Below are positions 55,411-64,000 of a DNA stretch of 64,000 nt, one piece after another. Numbering within the stretch: the stretch's first letter is position 1; every line of letters starts with the position of its first letter. The position numbers and the translations under genes are program-made. The notes under the pieces are model-generated. The model did not search any database, was not told the origin of the DNA, and worked only from the letters and a program-made list of their open reading frames with translations. The stretch is from positions 186,001 through 250,000 of the forward strand of contig CT868429.1 in assembly GCA_000165425.1 (NCBI GenBank), in the 5' to 3' direction. The stretch is from Paramecium tetraurelia (taxonomy: Eukaryota).

Positions 55411-55757
55411 TAGAGCAGACTCAACCAATCTATGGGATATGATTGATGATTGGACAAGAGATATACATATGCCAAAACATCATCTAGAAACTATATGGAT
55501 GAATGGGATTTTATATATTTGAAATGAAAATATGAATTAATTTATATCAAAGCTCTTAGAAATCATTTTATAAAAATCATTATTAAATTTCATAACCAAT
55601 CAGCAGTTAAGGTTCTATTTTCAATAAGAAAAATTTATTTTCATTTCAAATATATAAAATCCCATTCATCCATATAGATTCTAGATGATGTTTTGGAATA
55701 TGTATATTTTTTGTTTAATTATAAATTATATTCCATAGATTGGTTGAGTCTGCTCTA
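55411..55757. repeat. Long inverted repeat: 122-bp arms (55411-55532 and 55636-55757), 103-bp spacer, TA at both outer ends
   Basis: Manual alignment of the left arm to the reverse complement of the right arm: 112/122 identical, no indels. Confidence 0.97.
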
Positions 55758-56133
55758 AAGTCAAATCTTATAATTTTGAGTATTTTCTAACATTATAACT
55801 TTAAAATAAATATATATATTACTATTTTATAATAACTTTGAATATTTTCTTCCTAAGAAATATTATATGCATGTGCTATAATAACGATGATATTAAATCC
55901 TTTATAATTGATAAATTTAATCATTTAAAGCATAATTATTTATGACGCATTGATATAATGATTAATGAAACTTGAATTTTGATCCCAGATTAATGCCAAA
56001 TAAATAGGATCAAAATGTATTTACAAATTTGTTATAAACATATTTTAATTTTGTTTATGTTTTGGAGATACAAGACATTATATTTATATTATATTTTAAG
56101 TATTCAAAATGTTGAATAACATTTATATTTACA

Positions 56134-57949
56134 TCATTTTCCTTATAAATAGCTGACAATTGAACTTAATGCAACTGTTAATGTTGTTATGAAAATAAAA
56201 AACAGGAAATAGACAAAGAAATAGTAATATGCTAAATTTTTTGTCAGTTTGTACCTAAATATTGAGAATAAATAATACTTCTTATTTATTACTACTATGC
56301 AAGTCATTATTATATTCATCAAAGAAAAAACAAGAACGCAATAAGCAATTGAATTATTCATTCTAGCAATAATCTAAGTATATTATATAATTTTACAATA
56401 TCTGTTTATGAGTCACTCTTCGCATCTCTAAATAGATCAAAAGAGATAACTCCTGGAAATGACTTGATAGTAGTCAACCTAACCAAAGCTCCTCCAAATC
56501 CACATAACATATTAAAAATGGTTCCTGAAAAACATCCTGTCATTGCCATCAATCCATAACCGATTGAAGCCAATTTAGTATTGACAAAGAAATCGCAAGT
56601 AGAATTTCCAAATGCCAAAAATGTCATTCCTAAATAAGAATAACCGACTCCAGTAATTGTTTGTATTAACTAAATAACATTAAATGAATAATAATACCAA
56701 GATAAAATCAATCAAGACTTAAATCACTGATTTGCACCAGATAATTGAACATATAACACATTCAATTAATATTATAATGATAGGAATTTCAAATATTAAT
56801 TAATAGATAAACAAAAGGATTCCAAAAATTTCCAAAATTATCCATAATTTAATACCGTAAACTTCCATTGAGAGAGCTATTAAATACTTAAAAATAGGTT
56901 ATACATCCTAGTAAAGCAAGCATAACAATTGGACAGATGAGTTAATGCATAGCTGTGAATGTTTTATCATACTTTTCTTGGTTGCTTGCAGGAATAGTGA
57001 ATTTCCTAACAATATCGAGAGAAGTTGTATAAATATATTTCATCTTTGCAATTACAGACATCTCTTCAAAAGGTATTTTGTATTATTCAGAATTGTATTT
57101 TGTCAATTCTTTTTTAATTTCCTCATCAACATTTTAAATATCTTGATTTCCAATTTCTCCTTCCTCCATATGTAATACCAATTGTTTCTTCTCTTGCTCC
57201 ATTCTATCTTCCTCTGAGTTTATTCGATCTTCTTGCTCCTCTAAAATTTTTAAAAGAAAACTTACTTTTCTTTAGTGTCTTCTCATTTGCCAAGACAACT
57301 ACTATATATACTAAATATAGTGAACAAAAGCCTATAGCCATGTAATGGTTGATTTGTCCAATGAATGCAAAAACCATCAATAAAAAGATGGCAACTCCAT
57401 TAAATAAAATATCTCTTATAAATGGCACCTTTTAAGCCTTTAAATGTTAATTATAAACAATACTTTGATTATTCCTGAGAATAGGATCACTGCTCCAAAA
57501 ACTAGAGTGGTCATACATAAACAACTTCCAAAAATGCTTCCAACTGCGATGAGGATTCCATCGTCGTCTTAGGAAGCCAAAACTGCACAGAAAAAGTCTG
57601 GGACACCATTTGCAAAGGCAATTAGAGTAACCCTTTAATGAAAATATTAAATACCCTGCAAAAGTTTAAGACATTTTGAAGTATTCTGCAATGAAAGTCA
57701 CAGCTGGAGACAAATAGTCATCAACAGTTCTTGCTAAAAAGTTGAACAAGAAGAAAAAAAGGAGTGGCTATGAAGATATTAACTGAGTTCTTTTACAGCT
57801 ATTAAGATCAATATAACCCAATTTTCATCGAGTTGACAGAAATAATAATGGGTAAATTTGAAGATTTCTTAGTCATTACAATTCTCCTTCACATAGACAC
57901 AACTGTTTTCGGAAGCTTTTATTAGCTAATAAAGGCATGCCTGAACCAT
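56134..57949 (-). CDS. Cation/Ca2+ exchanger (CCX/NCLX-like, CaCA family)
   Basis: Alpha-1 repeat GVTLIAFANGVPDFF and alpha-2 repeat GMTFLAFGNSTCDFFVN...GCFSGTIFN; many TMs; several tiny introns. Confidence 0.9.
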
Positions 57950-58728
57950 TCAAACAAAACGAATATATAAAAATACTCAATATTTTTTCCCTATAAATCC
58001 CGAGTCAAATTCTTTCAATTTGTGTTTTTTAAAAAGATTCATAAAGCAACTCACGCATATAAGACTTTAAGTTATTATCGAAAAACTATGTTTAACTACA
58101 TTGTTAATTGTAGCTAAACTTCCTCATGTTTAAAAAAATTCTAACAAACCAAAAAAAAATGTCAAAATAACGAATTTTTTTTTTTAATTTCTAAATATTT
58201 TGGCGGTTTTATTAAACTTCAATACTATAAGAAAAATGGAAAACATCGAACAAATCAATACGCAGAATGCTTTACACTTTGTTATCACTCAACTTTACAC
58301 ATACCATATTAAAATTTTTGTCCACCACCCTCCAAAAAAAATGTCAGACTTTATATATTATAAATTATAATATGATGTATTTGCTCTTTATACATTAATT
58401 TACTTCCTAAGTTTACTTCTTTCTCAACCAATTATTGAAAGATTTCAATAATTTTTAGAGAGGAGTTGCATATGTTACTAATTATTTAATAAAGGACTTA
58501 TTAAATAATAATAAAGCTCTCATTTAAAACTAGTGTTCCCTAAAATAAACTCAAGAGATAAGGAGCAAATAAGAATCAGAATGTTGTCTATGGGGAGTTA
58601 AATACTTTATTGAATGGCTCTTAAATTTCTTTCTTTCGAAATTTAGGCATTTTAAAATTATTTAATAACTGGTAATTTATAAATGGTTAATGCTATTTAG
58701 TATGATATAGTTTAGATTTAACTAATAA

Positions 58729-59884
58729 ATGGATGAAAGTTTCTTTGAGTACTATCCTAGTTATAATGCAATCTGTTCTGATGTATGGATAAATACACAA
58801 ATTATTTTTTTTAAAAGTCAATATAAAACCTGATGATCTCATTATATTATGTGCTTAAAAATTTACATTAACTTAATACAAGAGAAGAATATGTCTGTTT
58901 CTAATTAACATAACAATTATGAAAGTATAGATTCATGGAAAATTTCATCAGAAGATGATCATTCAGTTTTAGAAATATTTCATTTCATTACAACATTAAT
59001 TGTTAATTAGATTTATGAGAATAGAACTATATTCATGTTATAGGTAAGAAAATATAGGGAGAAATGGGTAGAAATTAATGGGAAGGAAAGGGATTGGAGA
59101 GTTCAAACGAAATTTATCATTATTAGTAATAATTTAAAACCATTTTAGAATATCATTGTAGTTTGAAAAGATTAGATTTTAAAGACAAAAAAATGACGAA
59201 AATACTATTCAGAGTCTGCTGAAAATATTATAAAATTAAAAGGATGACATAATAGAGAGAGCCTAACAAATTAATAATAAAATATAGAGAATAGATAAAC
59301 TACTTTATGATATAAAATTTATAAAAATGTAATAAAAACATGAAGCTAGTTTCTCAATAGGATAGCTTGAAGATGATTTGAATGGAGTTGAAACATCGCC
59401 TTCTCGATAATTTGATTCATTTAAACTAATCAATTAATTATCTATAAAAACAAAGGATTCTGTGGATTAGAAATTTAAGTAATACAAAAGAAGATAAAAT
59501 CATCATAAATCTGATATTCATAGACCAACGTAACTTCAATCAGTCGATAAGAATAATGATTAAACTGAAAAAAGAGGTGCGACATATGAAAGAATACCTA
59601 GTGATTTACAAATAGATTCTCAAATCAGATAAGCTAAAAGAAAGAACATTAAAGTTTCGGAATAGGGTCTTAGTCGAAATAATTTACTTGAATCGAATTC
59701 GTCATCGTATAGTTCAAAGTTAGGTTCAAAATAAAACTGTGTAAAGGGAATTTTGAAGAAGTAGACACTCGATTCTTCGTTCTCTGATAATAACTCTAGA
59801 AGCAGTAGTATAGGTAGTAAGAAAGGTGTTAAGTTCAATTTATCAAAGCCAGAAGTCAGAATGGCCATGAATTAATGGAAATGA
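58729..59884 (+). CDS. Hypothetical protein (possibly disrupted at 5' end) with C-terminal KGILKK...KKGVKF motifs
   Basis: Clean frame ~59339-59884; the upstream part needs an intron or frame change. Confidence 0.45.
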
Positions 59885-59960
59885 ATACTTTTGATGGAAT
59901 TCATCTTTTCATTCGAAATGAATCAATAATTTTATTTTCAATAATAATTAATTTTATAAC

Positions 59961-62695
59961 ATGGCCTGTTCATATGTATTTTCCGATGACAAATCTTTCC
60001 TACAAGATTTGGATTTCATGTTGGAATAATCAGATTAATGTCCTTCCTTGTTAAAATGCTAATCATGTTCAATCTAGCTGTAAAAGTAATAATCAGATAA
60101 TAAATCTAATGTATCATGTGCTGATTTAGTTGATTTGGAGAGAGGAGGTAATTTATTCAATCATTTCAGGTTGCATCCTCCAGACCAAAATCGGTCCAAT
60201 TTAGTACGGAATGCCCCCAGAAACAATAAAGGACTGTTTAAATTTAGGAATGGAGGTTCCAACATTTTATATAATACCAACAAAGAGGTATCAAATTTAG
60301 AAATGCTAAGATTTGATAAAAGACTGGGTATAAGCACTGCTGAATTCGAGTTTCCAGCTTATTTTAATTTCTTTTGTAAAAAGAAGTAAATAACATTGAT
60401 CTGTACTGCTGACACAGAAAAGGCAATTAGAACTGTTTTTCAAGAGACTCTATTAGGTCCAGTCGATCATCCTGATTTGGCACTTGATTTCTACCATAAA
60501 TTCCCAAAAAGTGCATACCCAGATTTTCATAAAGAAAGGAGTGTATTTTCAAGGAATCCATCGAATTTGGATGAAAAATTGACGATAGACCATTTATTAA
60601 AATTTTGTTTATTTGATGAAAACAATACAGCCACAATAACTGAAGGGGAGATCACAATTAAAATAATTAAGGATAGCAATTCATTTAAGATCTTAGAAAA
60701 TGGGATATATCTGAAAGGCATTCAAGATACATTTACATTCCCTTCATAATATTATGAATATATTGTTACTAAACCAGATGATTATCGAGCTGAAAGCATG
60801 AAGAATATTAAATCTAAAAGGGATGCTGCAAAAGAATAATGTCCAACTCCCTTATTGGTAAAGCAATTACCTGAAATGACAGTTGAAGAAAAAGTAGAAA
60901 ATTGGGTTATTGGTAATAAATATTAAAGAGGTGGGGAGAAGAAGCTGTCCGTAGTCTTATGGGATCAGATGGGAGGACATGTTGAGACTGGATCGGCTAT
61001 TTTCTAATTAGATATTGATGAAAACAAATCATTTACACCACCAGATTTTGGTGTTACCATTCTAGGATGTGTAATTAAAATTTTATGTATTTTTAGTCCC
61101 ATGGATTCGATCCTAAAGGGTCAACTTCTGGTTATATTTTCTGGGTTAATGGAAGAGGAATAATGGTTGATCCACCTCCTTTTGCTTCCTATCATATGAA
61201 ATAGATGGGAATTCCATCAATATTAATTTGTGCAGTTATTATTAGTCACTGTCATGCTGATCATGATGCTGGTACATTCCATAAGATATTGGATGATACT
61301 CGAGTAGAAATTATAACAACTAGAACAATTATGAATTCCTTTTTAAGAAAATATTCTGCAATGTCCAATATTGATGTTGATTCCTTAAGGAGATTATTTA
61401 TTTTTAGGTATTTCTTTATTAAATATCCCTAGACCGGCTATCATTGGAATTCCTTTGAATATCTATGGAGCCTACTTTAATTTCTTCTATGCTATGCACA
61501 CTATTCCAAGTCTTGGGTTTAGTGTTAAATTGGAGAATAAATCAATGTATTTTTCATCTGATACATTTTTTGATCCAGATTAACTGTTGGTCTATAAAAA
61601 TCAAGGAATTCTCTCACAAAAAAGATATGAACACTTAGCCTTTGTAGAATTCAAGGAAGATTTAATTCTTCATGAGGCAGGTGTTCCTCCTATTCACACT
61701 GCATAGTCTGTGCTTGGCAAATTACCAAATAACATTAAAAATAGACTTTATCTCGTACATACAGCCTAAAAAGATTTGAAAAAAGAGTTAGGTTTAAAGA
61801 TAGCCAAAACTGGTATAGAAAACACAATGATTTTGATACCAAGTAATACAAATAAGCATTTAACAACAATAAGAAGACTTGATTTGCTTTCAACAATAGA
61901 TATTTTTGAGCATTTAACTTTGAAAAATGTGAGATGGCTTTTAGATTCAGTGACGTCTGAAGAGTTCTTTCCAGGATAAGATGTTATTAAAGAGGGTACT
62001 GCTGGAGATAGATTCTATATTATTGAATCAGGACTAGCAAGAGTCTACTCAAAGTAGAAAGGATAAGAATTTGAGAGATACTATTAGGTTGGTGACTATT
62101 TCGGCGAATCTGCTGTATTATCAAATGAAGGAAGAAGGGGAGCTTCGTAATTATTATTATTATTAACTCTTTTAGTGTCGAAGCTGTCACAAATCTTAAA
62201 GTGCTTATTCTAGAGAAACACGATTTCTGGTTTATATTTGGAGATGGTCTTGGCGGGTAAGGTCCTATCATCTAAAAAATGAAATAATTGACTGCTGCCA
62301 GAAGGTCGAAAGCTGTTCATTGTCTATTTAAGAATTCAATTTTATCTGAATTGACTCCTTCATAAAAAACACAATTAGAAATGATAATGAGAGAACAAGA
62401 AATTGAGAAAGGGACTGTGCTTTGGAAAGTTGGTGAGAAACCAGAGTTTGCTTTCATCATAAAGAGAGGAACCTTTGCATTTTATGACTGTCCAGAATAA
62501 GATCTAGAAGAATTAGACTCAGGAGCTTATGTTGGAGAATTAAAAGCTATCATTGAAAATACTGCAATTTCTACATCCATTAGAGCAACCAGAAAGGCTA
62601 CAATATTCAAGATTTCCAGAAAGGATTTAATTAGTTTTGCTAATAAACATCCTGGAATCTATATGATATTGATTGATACAAAATATTTAGAATGA
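59961..62695 (+). CDS. Metallo-beta-lactamase-fold cyclic nucleotide phosphodiesterase with two C-terminal cNMP-binding domains (Dictyostelium GbpA/PdeD-PdeE-like architecture)
   Basis: IQYGMPPETIKD, EFEFPAYFNFF, SHGFDPKGSTSG..WVNGRGIMVDPP, HCHADHDAG, HEAGVPPIHT; CNB motifs FYIIESG..GDYFGESA..R and a second, degenerate CNB. Confidence 0.88.
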
Positions 62696-62720
62696 ATAAT
62701 ATTAATTACAAAAATGTATT

Positions 62721-64000
62721 TCACTTTTTCTCAAACAACTCTATTAGCATTTCTGCATCAAATCTTGAATCTATTAATGCTTGAAACTTGTTTTATAAAC
62801 TAAATCTGTCTATTAGTTATTTTTTGTTTGATGGCCATAATGATGGTGGTGGATATATTAAATCTATAGTAAGATACAAAGCATTATCTAACATTTAAGT
62901 GATTACTCTTTGATGATATGGGCTATCAGGAACAAAACTGGGATTTAAATTTAATTCTACTAACCAGGGCTTGAATTCTTAATCAATGATATAATTCAAA
63001 CCTATAATCTATATATATTATATTTATACTTCAAAATTATGATCTTTCACTACTAAATGAGTAAACACTGCTTTTATCGCATGTATTGCAATTGCCTTTA
63101 ATTAAGGAATCACAGTTTCTTTGAAATTTAATTTAAATTAAACGAAAAACTCCTATAATTTGTCAATCGATAACTTATTTCCTGGTTCTTAAAGGGAAAA
63201 TCCTTTTGATTCCCTTTATATTTGACTATTTGTAAAATGTATCAAAGGATCCAAGTCGTGCTCATTATATTCTTTGCTACTGGTTCTACCATATACTTCA
63301 TCATAAAAGTAAACTCTCACAACTCCATTTATCTGGCTAATCAGCAAATAGGTATATAAATCAAATTTCCTTTTATAATATAATAAGGGTTTTATATATT
63401 TTTAAATTACCAAAGTTTCAAAAGTGTGATCATGATTTTTAAATTCAGATACTATAAAATCTTACACCTACTTAACATTCTGGCAAATCTTCAAAAATTA
63501 TCCATTATTAGCCCATTCCCCAGGCTTCACAATCCACAAAGAATTTTAATTTTTTTGTTATGTTAAAAATAAATTTAACTTTGGATCTTGTTAACTAGAT
63601 ATGATTATTGAATAAGGAAAAAATTAAAATAAGTCTATATTTAACAAGGATGCATATTATTCTAAGAATTTTATAAAAGTCTTCTTAAATCCTATCAATT
63701 AATTAATCTCAATGTGATTATGAAGTCTTCCACTAGGTGCAATAAGTAATAGTTTGTGTTCTATTGCAAATTTTATCTATTCTTCATAATTATCTAAATT
63801 AAATGGGTCAACAACCTTATTCTAACTTTCATCAAATAACACTCTTATCTTTTATCTATATAAAAATTAAGAATTAGATCTTTGGGACCAATAAAACTAT
63901 ACATCATCTGTTTTTTCAATGGATTCACACCACCACCATCTTTTTCGCATTAATTCTTTGATAATCATTTCATTTTCAGTAATTCCTTCAATGTAATAAC
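62721..64000 (-). CDS. Tubulin-tyrosine ligase-like (TTLL) protein, 5' end outside window
   Basis: WIVKPGE..N.G, IQKYI.PLLY..RKFD, RTSS, IHFTN, FE|IIGLNYIID.EFKPWLVELNLNP. Confidence 0.85.

Noticed and set aside
59..62271. The many short ORFs in the supplied track as separate small genes
   Set aside because: The track treats TAA/TAG as stops. The ORFs are fragments or antisense shadows of longer ciliate-code genes.
1..64000. tRNA, rRNA, CRISPR arrays, telomeric repeats or prokaryotic systems
   Set aside because: None recognised by eye. The sequence is eukaryotic; a tRNAscan/Rfam run would be needed to exclude small ncRNAs.

Overview
AT-rich, gene-dense eukaryotic DNA from a ciliate macronuclear-type genome, most likely Paramecium. 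TAA/TAG read as Gln and only TGA stops (e.g. the conserved RQRK motif of RPL23 uses TAA for Q). Introns are tiny (about 20-30 nt, GT...AG) and intergenic spaces can be under 30 bp. The supplied ORF track treats TAA/TAG as stops, so it shows only fragments. Re-read by hand in the ciliate code, the window holds about 30 genes. They include a large protein with ~210-aa LamG/ConA-like tandem repeats, a ~2000-aa RCC1 + IQGAP-type RasGAP protein, Cdc20/Cdh1, dynein light chain, an inactive rhomboid, an SR protein, TDP1, CEP95-like, AMACR, PIG-O, a lipase, RPL23, phenylalanine hydroxylase, four kinases, a cation/Ca exchanger, a metallo-beta-lactamase/cNMP phosphodiesterase and a TTLL. There are also several decaying pseudogenes and a 100-N gap. 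The most unusual non-coding structure is a 347-bp TA-bounded element at 55411-55757 with 122-bp inverted arms. Its mismatches are mostly G-U-compatible on the + strand, making it a candidate hairpin small-RNA precursor and/or a retained MITE/IES-like element. All coordinates and translations were read by eye; no database searches were run.
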